This document shows, piece after piece, positions 26,875 through 39,100 of a stretch of 64,000 bases of DNA; within the stretch, counting starts at the first letter, position 1; every line of letters begins with the position of its first letter. The translations under genes were made by a program, and so were the position numbers. Under the pieces are notes generated by a model. That model had not been told where the DNA came from. It saw only the letters and a list, made by a program, of their open reading frames with translations, and ran no database searches. Source of the DNA: Rhina ancylostomus (Eukaryota); contig JARFYF010000060.1 of NCBI GenBank assembly GCA_030265395.1, positions 20,496,502 to 20,560,501 of the forward strand, in the 5' to 3' direction.

Positions 26875-27166
26875 GATGTACAGAAGGATCTTGGGGTCCA
26901 AGTCCATAACTCCCTGAGAGTGGCACTGCAAGTCGATTAAGTGGTAAAGAAGGCGTATAGCAAACTTGCCTTCATTGCTAGGGACATAGAGTACAAGAGT
27001 CAGGAAGTCATGATGCAGTTGTATAAAACTTCAGTTCGGCTGCACTTGGAGTGTTGTGTGCATTTCCAGTTGTCCCATCACAGGGAGGATGTGGAGGCTT
27101 TGGAGAGGGTGCAGAAGAGGTTCACCAGGATGCTGCCTGGATTAGAGAGTATGAGCTATAAGGAGA
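26875..27166 (+). mobile_element. CR1-clade LINE ORF2 3' fragment (runs into gap)
   Basis: VVKKAYSKLAFIARDIEYKSQEVMMQLYKTSVRLHLECCVHF...DVEALERVQKRFTRMLPGLE. Confidence 0.85.
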
Positions 27167-27864
27167 NNNNNNNNNNNNNNNNNNNNNNNNNNNNNNNNNN
27201 NNNNNNNNNNNNNNNNNNNNNNNNNNNNNNNNNNNNNNNNNNNNNNNNNNNNNNNNNNNNNNNNNNNNNNNNNNNNNNNNNNNNNNNNNNNNNNNNNNNN
27301 NNNNNNNNNNNNNNNNNNNNNNNNNNNNNNNNNNNNNNNNNNNNNNNNNNNNNNNNNNNNNNNNNNNNNNNNNNNNNNNNNNNNNNNNNNNNNNNNNNNN
27401 NNNNNNNNNNNNNNNNNNNNNNNNNNNNNNNNNNNNNNNNNNNNNNNNNNNNNNNNNNNNNNNNNNNNNNNNNNNNNNNNNNNNNNNNNNNNNNNNNNNN
27501 NNNNNNNNNNNNNNNNNNNNNNNNNNNNNNNNNNNNNNNNNNNNNNNNNNNNNNNNNNNNNNNNNNNNNNNNNNNNNNNNNNNNNNNNNNNNNNNNNNNN
27601 NNNNNNNNNNNNNNNNNNNNNNNNNNNNNNNNNATAAATAACGTAAATTTGCAGAGTTTATTTTTAATGTTTTTGATGTTTGTTTATGTACAACCAGAAT
27701 ACTCTTAAGGTTTACATCTCTGTCTTGCAGCTGAGATATGCTGCTCAGGATTTCCTTCACAACATTGCTCTCCTGTCCTTTTGATGAATGAGTGCTGAGA
27801 CCAAGCTGCACTTTATTTTGCAAACCTTCCTGCCCTAAACTGTATTGTTTCTCTTCTATTCCAG

Positions 27865-27951
27865 CAGGTGCAAAGGCCTTTGTTTGCGACCAGTGTGGAG
27901 CCCAGTTCTCCAAAGAAGATGCCCTAGAAAGTCATCGACAAACCCACACCG
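27865..27951 (+). CDS. zbtb16: ZBTB16/PLZF internal coding exon (C2H2 zinc finger 3; equivalent of human exon 4), phase 1-1, 87 nt
   Basis: Translates (A)GAKAFVCDQCGAQFSKEDALESHRQTHT(G), matching human PLZF as I recall it (AGAKAFVCDQCGAQFSKEDALETHRQTHTG) except T>S. Polypyrimidine tract plus cag acceptor at 27845-27864; GT donor at 27952. Neighbouring PLZF exons (KTYGCELC..., DMAVFCLLC...) were not seen in the window. Confidence 0.95.
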
Positions 27952-30900
27952 GTACACTTTCAGATTTTTATCTTGTGGGATTTTTGATCTGCTCTTCTTT
28001 GATAGATTTTCTTGCAGGCAGTCAGACATCTAATTGCTGTAGAGCAGGCCATGGGCATAACTGAGTCATAAGCAGGTCTTGGGAACAAAACCTTGACTAA
28101 AGTGGTAGAGAGTAAGATGGATGTTAGGGGGCAAAGAGCAGAGACTGGTAGATTGGTGGAGGAAATTCCAGAACTTGGCACTGAGGTGGAGAGATATGCA
28201 GAGATCTCAAAGGGTTGAGGCACCGGAAGTGGTGATGGAGGTGGGAACAAGCGGGAGGCTGTGGTCACGGAGGGGAATTGGGTTGCTAAGGTGCGGAATG
28301 GGAGGATCATGGAAGTAGAATCTCTTAGGGAAGATATTGCAGGGGAAAGAGCAGTGGGGTGGGACTGACTAACAATTCCTTCAAAGAACTTGGATGGGTT
28401 TGAACCAAAAGTCCTCCTGAATTGTAGGGTTCTCTCTAAAGGATGGGTTTAATGTTCTTTACAATCTGAGGATGCAGGACGTAGCCAGGTCAACCTAAAT
28501 ACTGCTCCCACATTGAGTAAGCCTCGTACTGCTTGCTTCATCCTCCTTTCAATGTCTCTGCTGTCCCTTTCCTCCTCCACTCTACAGTTTACAGGATTTT
28601 TCAACTGGCACTCAGTGTCCTCTGGACATTGCTGCTTAGAATCATAGTCACTTCCTGGAATAGAAAGAGGCCATTTGACCCAGTAAGTTTAATCTCCCAG
28701 TCACGTCATGATGTAGTTCATTTTCTGTGTGACAACTTTGCTGTTAGACATTAAAGATTTGTTTCACAATTTTTCAAAAAAAACCTGAGTTGCAATCCTT
28801 GAGAAGGTTGAAGGATAGATGATGTGATTGCTAATTATATTTGACATTGTGATGATTTCAGAAATACTGTTTACCACTAGCAAATATTATCTAAACTCAC
28901 CTGATTAATTTAAAAAAAANNNNNNNNNNNNNNNNNNNNNNNNNNNNNNNNNNNNNNNNNNNNNNNNNNNNNNNNNNNNNNNNNNNNNNNNNNNNNNNNN
29001 NNNNNNNNNNNNNNNNNNNAAAAATCACTGACAAACAATAATTTAAAGCCTATTTCTGGTTGGCTGCAAATATTCTTTGAGCTGATTCATCACACTGCCA
29101 ACCCTTCCAAAAAGTGGTTAAAAATATTGAGTTACAAGTGGCTTGTTATACTGCTCTTGACTGCCAAGATCCTATCTATATTGGCCAGGAATGAGGGTCA
29201 GAGGGTTGATGTTGCAAAATGAGTCTGCAAAGGTCACAGCTCTTTTGTGATGTTAACTCTTTCTCCTACCATATTGCAAAGACGAGTGACCAGCCCTTGG
29301 GGAAATTTGTATTTTTTTTTAATTTGTGGAAAGTGAGCATGTAGGAATCCAACTGGTGGGTCAGTGTTAGAAATCTGACTTGCACATTATAATTCTGGAA
29401 TCTCCCCTGTCTATTGTGGAAGTGAAATGGTTAGTTTTGGTCATTGTGATCCAATGGTTACGTTGACTAACTACTCAAGATCAAACTGAAAGATAGTCGG
29501 CGAGCAGTGACCTTCTAGCTGCTGCCAGCTTAGGCTGCTCCTGGTTTGTTTCCTTTCTTTTATTTCAGTGCCATCTATAGTGGACCTCAGCCACCCAACC
29601 CGAGCCTGCCTGTGGGCTTTGGACCAGGTCTGTATTCTGCCAAAACATTCAGGTTTGTGTCAGGTTGTACAGGGTTTGGTCGTTGCTGTATCCAGGACAG
29701 TCTGACTCAATGTCAATCGACGGTCAGTTTGTTTGGTATTTGGGCAGGGGGCATCTGAGGGCCTTTGATCTGAAGATGATGGGGTAATTTTTGGTGATAG
29801 ATTTCAATTTTGACAGTGTGTCAGCAGTTGGGTATATCCAGCAAAAGGGTGAATGGGGAATGATGGTCAGAATTGGACAATACTTTTCCTAGATGCTGGC
29901 TTAAATTTGGCCTTGCAGTCAGGTGGTGAAATCTGCCCATGGTTTGTTGGGGGGTGGGGGGTGGTTATGGGGAGGAAAGTGAGTATTGATCAGAAGTCTT
30001 CACCCAGGCTGGGAGGGCCTTTCTTGAATGTGTATGTCAAGTTCAAGTTGTTGGTATCTAGGCATAGTGTTCTGCAAATGGGGTTGGGTTCAGAAAAAAA
30101 AATACAAATATTCAAGTTTGGATCAGCTTGTGCTTGGGATTGGGTCAAGTTTTAATTTTATACTCAAGATGACCAACCTTTCACCTACATCTCTTATTAC
30201 ACCACAATAAAACTCTCACTATTTCACAGGAGTAAATTTGATATACTAATTCAACGTCAAGTCACTTAAGCAGATGTTCATCGAAGGAGCATCTCAAGGA
30301 GAAAAGCTGAGAGGGGTAAAAGCATTACAAAGCTTGCTGTGCAAGGCATGGCTGATGATGGTAGGACAATAAGAGAAATGAATGAGATTAGAAGTACAAT
30401 TGCAGATAGCCTGGAAGGATTTAGGGCCCCGGGCAATAACAGAGAGACAGAGTGGAAAGCAGTGGAGGGACTGGAATGCAAAGATGAGAATTTTAGCATC
30501 AAGGCATTGGTGCACCAAAATGATGTTTGAAAACTATTGATGCAGATTAAGTTCCCTTTAACAGGAAACACTTCATTGTGCTGGTCTGTGCTGCTTTGAA
30601 CATGTGCTTCCATTGGCATTTCACTGTCCTAATTGAGGGGTAATAGGAAAGAAGGGTGGAATGGTTTTGGATAATAGGTAGAAGAGTTTTGGATGCAAAA
30701 ATCCGGTATGTTGCATCCTGCAGATCAGAAGGTCCAAGGTTCTGCCCTTTGTGGCACTGTTTTAACATTGTGTTTAGGACAGTAGAACTCGACACTTGAG
30801 GGAGAAGTATATTGAAAATAATGTGCAGAGAGAATATTTCAATGTGCAATCATTTTATTGAACCGGCTGTCCAGAAAGATGCTGAGAGTATCTGTTAGTA

Positions 30901-32367
30901 ATCTGACAAATAGCACATTAATTGCAACAAGACAAATGAATTTGGCCCCAGCCTTTCCAAAAGTCTGACCACTGGGAGTTTACCCATGTCATTTCCAGAG
31001 ACACATTGGAGACTGATCTGGTTAGTCAGTAACTTCTTTATCACCACAAGATATGGTTACCAAGTTGGTAGAATGTCAACTGGGTGGGGTAGAGCTTTCT
31101 TTTCATTCACCTTTTTCACCTTTCTAACTTGGATTCAAGAAAGATTTGTAGCAGAAGGTGGGAAATGTAAACTGGTGGAGTGTTGGTGAAGAAAAGGAGA
31201 ATCTCTTCCAAAGTTGCATCCCACTACAATGGGAAATGATTCCCATTTTATGTGATTGATTAACAGTTTAATATAAGGAATGAATCAATGCTGTTTATCC
31301 TTCCTGCTTCTTTTGTGTTAGCTGAGCTGTGTAGAAATTCTTCCATGACGTTCTCGAGTCTTCGTTGGTCCCTGATGCGTTTCAGTATATTTAGTAACTA
31401 TTGGATTAACCTATAAATAGTCCTCTTGACAAGCCAGGGATTTGATTTCTTAATTGCTGAATTATAATGTTTAAACAAACACGTTTAATTGTTTCTCAGT
31501 TTCTTTTATTTATACCCAGGATGTAGTTATTAGTTGGAAGGACAACATTTTAATGGTTATTCCAATGTGATTGCACATTGAAATATTCTTTTACCCTCTC
31601 TTTTATCCTCAAGTGGGACGAAGCCTCCTTGAAGCACCAGTTCCTTTGTGGTGAATGTTCTCCCCCAGTATATTTGGTAGTAAGTTCAGGATTTTGATCC
31701 AATGATAAAGGAATAGTTTATGAAATGGAGAGAAACCTACGGGGTGTGGCATTCTCATTTTCCTTACTGTCCTTCTAGATAAATGTTTGTTGTTAGTAAG
31801 GAGCTGCTGAAGAAGCCTCAGAGAGCTGTTGTTGTACGTTTTTGGGTGGTGCACTCTGTAGTTATGGTATTCTGTGGTGGAGGGAGTAACTGTTTACCAC
31901 CGTGGGTGGGGTGGCAATCAACCAGATTGTTGTTTTTAGTTGCTGTTGAGGTTATTGATTAATTTTAGAGCTGTACTCATCGAGGCAGCTGGAGAGTATT
32001 CCATCATACTCCAAATTCATGTGGGTGGTGGAAAGGCTTTGGGGACTCGGTAGGTGTGTCACTCACTGCAGGATATCCAGCCTCCCCTCTGCTCACGTAG
32101 ACAGTGTTTAGGTGGCTGCTCCTGTTAAGTGTCTGACGACTACCCTTCCCTCAACCCTCCCACTGTGGGTGATCAGAGTTTGAGGTTTGGTATAAGGAAT
32201 GTTACTGAAAATCAAGGTGAAGTGTTAGATTCCCTATTATTGGAGATACTTCACATTGTCAGTTGTAACTTTCCAGCCCAGATCTTGTTGAGACTACAGT
32301 GTTATCTGAGGCATTGCGAATAGAATTAAAAATTATACTATTAACAGCAAGCATACCTACTTCTTGT

Positions 32368-32598
32368 TGGTATCTGTTTATTATTGTAACATGTACCAAG
32401 ATCGAGTGAAAGGCTTTTGTTTGTGTTCCATCCAGACAGATCATTCCAGACATGAGTACATCAAGGTAGTAAAAAGGAAAACCGAATACAAAATATAGTG
32501 TTACTGTTGCAGAGAAAGTGCAGTGCAGGTAGTCAAAGTGCAAAGGCAACGACAAGGTAGATTGGGAGATCAAGAGTTCATCTTTTATAGTATGAGAG
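32368..32598 (-). mobile_element. Rex/Babar LINE 3' UTR tail
   Basis: tttattattgtaacatgtacc...gagaaagtgcagtgcaggtag, homologous to 51870-52080. Confidence 0.7.
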
Positions 32599-33327
32599 AT
32601 TCTTGCCTGAAAGTTGAAGCAGTTGAATATGGTTGTCATCACCTTGTTTTTCCTTGACGAGTTTTACTCTGGTTCCTTGATGCTTTGCTCAGTCAAACGC
32701 TGTCTCAACATCAAGGACAAACCCTCAAATCCCATCTCTGAAGTTCAGTTTGTGTCCTTTATTCATCCATGAGATGTAGGGCCACTTAGAAGGCTTCTAT
32801 TTATTGCTCATCCCTAATTGCTTTCCCAGGCCATTTTAGAGGATAGTTCAGTCAATTAAATCTAGAATTAAAAAGTATCATTGGTAAAGGTGACCCTGAA
32901 ATGACTGTATTTTCATTAATAATTCACATGGTAATTAATGCACCACTGGGAAGGAAATCTACCAATGTTCCCCGATCTGGCCTATACTACCCCCTTTGAA
33001 ATTACCTGGTAATGCACAGGTCAAGGGTAATCAGGATGGGCAATAAATACTGTTTATCCCAGTATTCCCCTCATCTTGTGAATTAATTTATATTTAAATA
33101 AATGACATGTAGTCACAATTGTAACACAAAAATGTGACAACCCATTAGTGCAATAGTCCCATAAACAACAAAGTGATAATAATCAGATCATCATTTTTGG
33201 TGGTGTTGTTTGATGGATAACTTTTGACCACCACGCAGAGAACTCACCTAGGAAGTAATGTCATTAGAATGATAATGAACGTCATTTCTTTGTAATATTG
33301 GCATGAGATCTTTTGTATCCATCTCTT

Positions 33328-33762
33328 TAAGATATCTTTATTAGTCACATGCACATTGAAATGCACAGTGAAATGCATCTTTTGCATAGTGTGTTCTGGG
33401 GGCAGCCCGCAAGTGTCACTGTGCTTCTGGCGCCAACATAGCACGCCCACAACTTCCTAACCTGTACGTCTTTGGAATGTGGAAGGAAACCGGAGCACCC
33501 GGAGGAAACCCACGCAGACACGNNNNNNNNNNNNNNNNNNNNNNNNNNNNNNNNNNNNNNNNNNNNNNNNNNNNNNNNNNNNNNNNNNNNNNNNNNNNNN
33601 NNNNNNNNNNNNNNNNNNNNNNNNNNNNNNNNNNNNNNNNNNNNNNNNNNNNNNNNNNNNNNNNNNNNNNNNNNNNNNNNNNNNNNNNNNNNNNNNNNNN
33701 NNNNNNNNNNNNNNNNNNNNNNNNNNNNNNNNNNNNNNNNNNNNNNNNNNNTGCGCTGCCCC
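33328..33762 (-). mobile_element. tRNA-derived V-SINE (spans gap 33523-33751)
   Basis: V-domain reverse complement tgtggaaggaaaccggagcacccggaggaaacccacgcagacacg; tail tctttattagtcacatg; tgcgctgccc after the gap resembles a SINE 5' end. Confidence 0.75.
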
Positions 33763-33765
33763 TTT

Positions 33766-33913
33766 TATAAACACAGTTCCCGTGCTGACGTCACGTGCAG
33801 GTCACGTGACCTTCCCGTCACGTTCCCAATGAAGGAGGAGTGCCCCGCGCCATCTTTTGTCGGGGCCTCCGACGACGCTCGCGATCGTGGGAGCCAGTTC
33901 GTGAACGGTAAGT
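33766..33913 (+). promoter_or_regulatory. CpG-rich promoter-like module with putative non-coding first exon and 5' splice donor
   Basis: TATAAA 33766; CRE TGACGTCA 33786-33793 overlapping CACGTG; palindrome AGGTCACGTGACCT 33799-33812; third GTCACGT 33817; CCAAT 33826; YY1-type CGCCATCTTTT 33848-33858; TCGCGA 33879-33884; donor ACG|GTAAGT at 33907/33908. CpGs are retained in a CpG-depleted background. Confidence 0.6.
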
Positions 33914-34627
33914 CGCCACATTGTATCCTTTCAGCAGTCTCATTTATCAACAGACGAGGTGGGTCCATTGCTTGTAAAGAGCATGTTGTTTGAGTTTACT
34001 AGCACAACATGACAGTATTAGGAGTGTTTTCAATAGCACCTGATTATAGGGCCAAATGGATCTGCTGTTCTGCTGAATACTGGTTGAGTTACCGCTAGTT
34101 GTGACATCCTTAGTTTATTTATAAATGTTCTGTCACAACCTGCGTAATTTGATAGCTGTAGTGAAACTCACAAGACAACAATGTCCAATCAGCCTTTTTA
34201 TTTTCTCCCTTCCCCTCTTGAGCATAAGGCTGTGATTTATAATTCTCCTGTTTCAGTCTGAACCCTTTGACTGACTGGTCAGTTGGTATTCCTGGACCAC
34301 TATGAGTCAAGAGGACTTCCAAAATTATTCCGGTAGTGCAACTAGATAAGAGCTGCGACCCCTTCCTGAACCCGACAGCGATCTGTTTGTGTTGATGACA
34401 CATTTAACTCCTGCTTCTGGAAGATGAAATGGCAACACTGGAAATGGTATCGGAAAATTTGCACAATGGCTGTTTCAATTAGGAATTAGACTCTTTGACT
34501 GATGATTATCAGTAGGGCAGTTGTGCCAACATGACAGATGATGCTTTATACTTCTCCTTTAGGGATATAACTGTGAACAAAGTTTTAGGAGCTCCCCTTA
34601 TACATAATTATGCACAAGAGTATGACA

Positions 34628-34731
34628 AATGGGCAAGAAAGCTCACCAGTGCCTCTACTTCTTCAGGAGGCTAAAGAAATTTGGTTTGTCCCCTTTGACT
34701 CTCACCAACTTTTACAGATGCACCATAGAAA
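34628..34731 (+). mobile_element. Rex/Babar LINE fragment running into a gap
   Basis: KKAHQCLYFFRRLKKFGLSPLTLTNFYRCTIE, same family as 13595. Confidence 0.8.
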
Positions 34732-35989
34732 NNNNNNNNNNNNNNNNNNNNNNNNNNNNNNNNNNNNNNNNNNNNNNNNNNNNNNNNNNNNNNNNNNNNN
34801 NNNNNNNNNNNNNNNNNNNNNNNNNNNNNNNNNNNNNNNNNNNNNNNNNNNNNNNNNNNNNNNNNNNNNNNNNNNNNNNNNNNNNNNNNNNNNNNNNNNN
34901 NNNNNNNNNNNNNNNNNNNNNNNNNNNNNNNNNNNNNNNNNNNNNNNNNNNNNNNNNNNNNNNNNNNNNNNNNNNNNNNNNNNNNNNNNNNNNNNNNNNN
35001 NNNNNNNNNNNNNNNNNNNNNNNNNNNNNNNNNNNNNNNNNNNNNNNNNNNNNNNNNNNNNNNNNNNNNNNNNNNNNNNNNNNNNNNNNNNNNNNNNNNN
35101 NNNNNNNNNNNNNNNNNNNNNNNNNNNNNNNNNNNNNNNNNNNNNNNNNNNNNNNNNNNNNNNNNNNNNNNNNNNNNNNNNNNNNNNNNNNNNNNNNNNN
35201 NNNNNNNNNNNNNNNNNNNNNNNNNNNNNNNNNNNNNNNNNNNNNNNNNNNNNNNNNNNNNNNNNNNNNNNNNNNNNNNNNNNNNNNNNNNNNNNNNNNN
35301 NNNNNNNNNNNNNNNNNNNNNNNNNNNNNNNNNNNNNNNNNNNNNNNNNNNNNNNNNNNNNNNNNNNNNNNNNNNNNNNNNNNNNNNNNNNNNNNNNNNN
35401 NNNNNNNNNNNNNNNNNNNNNNNNNNNNNNNNNNNNNNNNNNNNNNNNNNNNNNNNNNNNNNNNNNNNNNNNNNNNNNNNNNNNNNNNNNNNNNNNNNNN
35501 NNNNNNNNNNNNNNNNNNNNNNNNNNNNNNNNNNNNNNNNNNNNNNNNNNNNNNNNNNNNNNNNNNNNNNNNNNNNNNNNNNNNNNNNNNNNNNNNNNNC
35601 GTAAGCTCGCCACACACACAAACACACTATCTAAAAGGGACACTCACTAATAGTCCTAGTCCGTAACAGTTACCCACATTCAAGCGTAATTTCTAAATTG
35701 CCTAACCACATGTGGAATGCCAGTAACCTGTGGAGGGACATGACAGCAGTGATACATCTGCTGCATCTTCTTTCTGTATTCTTTGGAGGTGAATAATAAT
35801 ACAATAGGACAATGCAGGCTATAGAGTATCTGTTTAACTTTACAAGAACAAGTGGTAGCAACAACAAAAGTGACCCAAGTGGAATTAACTCAATATTTAA
35901 AGAACACAAACTCGACCAATGTGCCTGCTTGATAGGCATTATAGCCTTGTAGAGTATCAGTGCTGGAACATAGCTTGTAATGCAAATCA

Positions 35990-36140
35990 AAAAAAAAACT
36001 GCAGATACTGGAATTAAGATCAGAAAATGCTGGAAACACTCAGCAGGTCAGGCAGCATCTGTGGACAGAGAAGCAGAGTTAATGTTTTGGGTCAAAGACC
36101 CTTTGCCAGTTCTGACTGTTAACTCTGTTTCCAGCATTTC
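35990..36140. mobile_element. Penelope-derived fold-back repeat, truncated
   Basis: aaaatgctggaaacactcagcaggtcaggcagcatctgtggacagagaagcagagttaa... then partial reverse arm gttaactctgtttccagcattt. Confidence 0.6.
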
Positions 36141-39100
36141 NNNNNNNNNNNNNNNNNNNNNNNNNNNNNNNNNNNNNNNNNNNNNNNNNNNNNNNNNNNN
36201 NNNNNNNNNNNNNNNNNNNNNNNNNNNNNNNNNNNNNNNNNNNNNNNNNNNNNNNNNNNNNNNNNNNNNNNNNNNNNNNNNNNNNNNNNNNNNNNNNNNN
36301 NNNNNNNNNNNNNNNNNNNNNNNNNNNNNNNNNNNNNNNNNNNNNNNNNNNNNNNNNNNNNNNNNNNNNNNNNNNNNNNNNNNNNNNNNNNNNNNNNNNN
36401 NNNNNNNNNNNNNNNNNNNNNNNNNNNNNNNNNNNNNNNNNNNNNNNNNNNNNNNNNNNNNNNNNNNNNNNNNNNNNNNNNNNNNNNNNNNNNNNNNNNN
36501 NNNNNNNNNNNNNNNNNNNNNNNNNNNNNNNNNNNNNNNNNNNNNNNNNNNNNNNNNNNNNNNNNNNNNNNNNNNNNNNNNNNNNNNNNNNNNNNNNNNN
36601 NNNNNNNNNNNNNNNNNNNNNNNNNNNNNNNNNNNNNNNNNNNNNNNNNNNNNNNNNNNNNNNNNNNNNNNNNNNNNNNNNNNNNNNNNNNNNNNNNNNN
36701 NNNNNNNNNNNNNNNNNNNNNNNNNNNNNNNNNNNNNNNNNNNNNNNNNNNNNNNNNNNNNNNNNNNNNNNNNNNNNNNNNNNNNNNNNNNNNNNNNNNN
36801 NNNNNNNNNNNNNNNNNNNNNNNNNNNNNNNNNNNNNNNNNNNNNNNNNNNNNNNNNNNNNNNNNNNNNNNNNNNNNNNNNNNNNNNNNNNNNNNNNNNN
36901 NNNNNNNNNNNNNNNNNNNNNNNNNNNNNNAGATTTCTAAGATGGCGTGGGTTTTAAAATGCTGCCAAAGAGACGTGATGTGGCAGTGAAATACCCTGAC
37001 ACCCCTCTGCCATTTACTTTAGAACATTTCTACTTCTGTTAATGACTGCAAGCAGGGTCCCTTTGCAGTAGTGTCCTCGGTAGGTTTTAAAGCCAAAGAG
37101 TTTGTTTGTTATGCAGTTAATACTAATTAAGTAGTTCTTGCAGTTGCTACTAGGTGTTCTTGTAAAGTTAAACAGGCACTACACAACCTGCATTAAGCTA
37201 TTATTTGTGTAGCATTATTCCCCTTTGCATGTTTAAAAATTATGTTGTTTTAGCCCACTGGGACTAAGCATCACCTGGAGAAAATGTAATTCAGGAAGTC
37301 AAATGTTTGGTTGCAGGAGAATACAAAATGTACCAGCATTCAGCTTTCAGATATCAAACAGGATTTGTATAAGGTTTCTGTAATTAGGCCAGGCATTTTA
37401 TTGGAAAAGAATCTGAAACTGGCAAAAATTTACAATCTTATGAAACATGACAGCGACTCATTATGAGTTCAGCTAATGCTTTGTCTTCAGATTCAGTTAT
37501 ACACAAATGTGAACAAAAGATTTGACATACAATCAGGATGTGGATTTTTTTGTTAGACCTAGAATAGGAAAAACTGCATCTTTTATGATATCCTGAAAAA
37601 ATAAGTTTGTTTTCCTCCATAGAAAGAACTCTGTGCGGACAATATATGTTATACTGTCAACCATGCTTTTTGTTTGAAGACTTTCACAAAGCAAATATTC
37701 GGCACAGATGACTGATCAGTCTGTTTGTGGATGCTTAATAGAATATACTTTGATGTGACCGGTTAACTTGAGACTGAGGATTGGAAGGGGGAGCTCAGAT
37801 GAGTAAAAATGGAGCCATTTGAATATGTAGATATTTTTTTATTGTCGTGAATAATTTAGTTGCATTTATAAAAGAAACATAAATTTGATCAGCATTTTTA
37901 AGTAACTAAAAATTGCTGATTTTGACAAAGATTAAAAAAATTAGAACAGTTCAGAGTTGAACCAAAAATTAAAAACTGAAAAATTTGAGCTCCATGTGTA
38001 ATCCGTATCTCTATAAAAGTACCTTGTATCTGTGACTTCTTAAAATTCTACCTATCCTGCTGAGCATTTCCAGCAATCTGTTGTACATTCCCAGCATTAT
38101 GGTATTTTGCTTTTGGTTAGATTATTTTAAGCAAGCCATGTAAAGCTCCAGTAGAAAGTGAGAGGAGTTTAGCTGATTTCTAATTCACTGTTAGAATAGC
38201 TTCAGAGCCTGACTAGCATACTTATGTTCATTTGTTTCTATCTGTTATCCATTCTAAAAAAAACCCTTCATGCGAAAGCAGCATTAGGCCTAAATACCAT
38301 GAGAAGTTGATGCATCCTGTGCTTATTTCAGATAGATTCTGATGCTATAGATTTACAATCGTAATAAAAATAACCACTTGTATCTCTGGCACCTTCAAAG
38401 TAGGATACCATTCCTAATGCATGTATTATAATGCAAAATGTGACACATTATGAAATGCTGTCAGAAGTTTAACCTAAGAGGTTTTAAGATGCCATTAACA
38501 AACCTTTACCACCCACTCTCAGTCAGCACCACCACCTTTTATGTCATTCAGTCTCTCTTCATCCATTCCCTTCTCTGCAATTTAAAACATGTCCTGGATC
38601 TAATGTAAAATCTTTGATCTAAAACATTAAACACTATCCACTCTACTGAATATCTCTGCATTTCTTTTTTGTTATTTTGAGTTTTGGGAGTTTCTCAAAA
38701 GATTGAGGGAGTTTTGGGGAGGCAATCCCAGACATTGCCTTGTTGAAGGATTAGACAAACGTGATGAAGAGGGCTGTGGGCCGGAGGACACCAGAGGGAT
38801 GAAGAGGAGTGAAACAACAACGAGATCTGAAATCAAAAAATAAAGATGTAGAACTTAAGCCGATGGAGCTCGGTGCACTTCAGTGCTCAATGTTGGTATT
38901 TCAAACGCACCAACACCTTGGATGAGTATTTTGAGCTGTATTTACACTAAAGTGAAGCGTAGATGATGGGATCAATCTGAATTCATGAATTGGTCCCATC
39001 AGATAATAGCTCATGGCACACATCAGAGCAAATTGGTTTGGTTTTTTTCCCCCTACTGTGTATTTGCAGTAATTGTCCAATTATGCCCGGTTAAAATGCT

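Noticed and set aside
33818-33853. Minus-strand AAGATGGCG as a translation start
   Set aside because: The frame closes after 11 codons (MARGTPPSLGT*); better explained as a YY1 motif.
34610-36957. ORFs of 300+ aa in the ORF track (also 26941-27913, 57526-58047)
   Set aside because: They are mostly N-runs translated as X; the real residues are TE fragments or non-coding.
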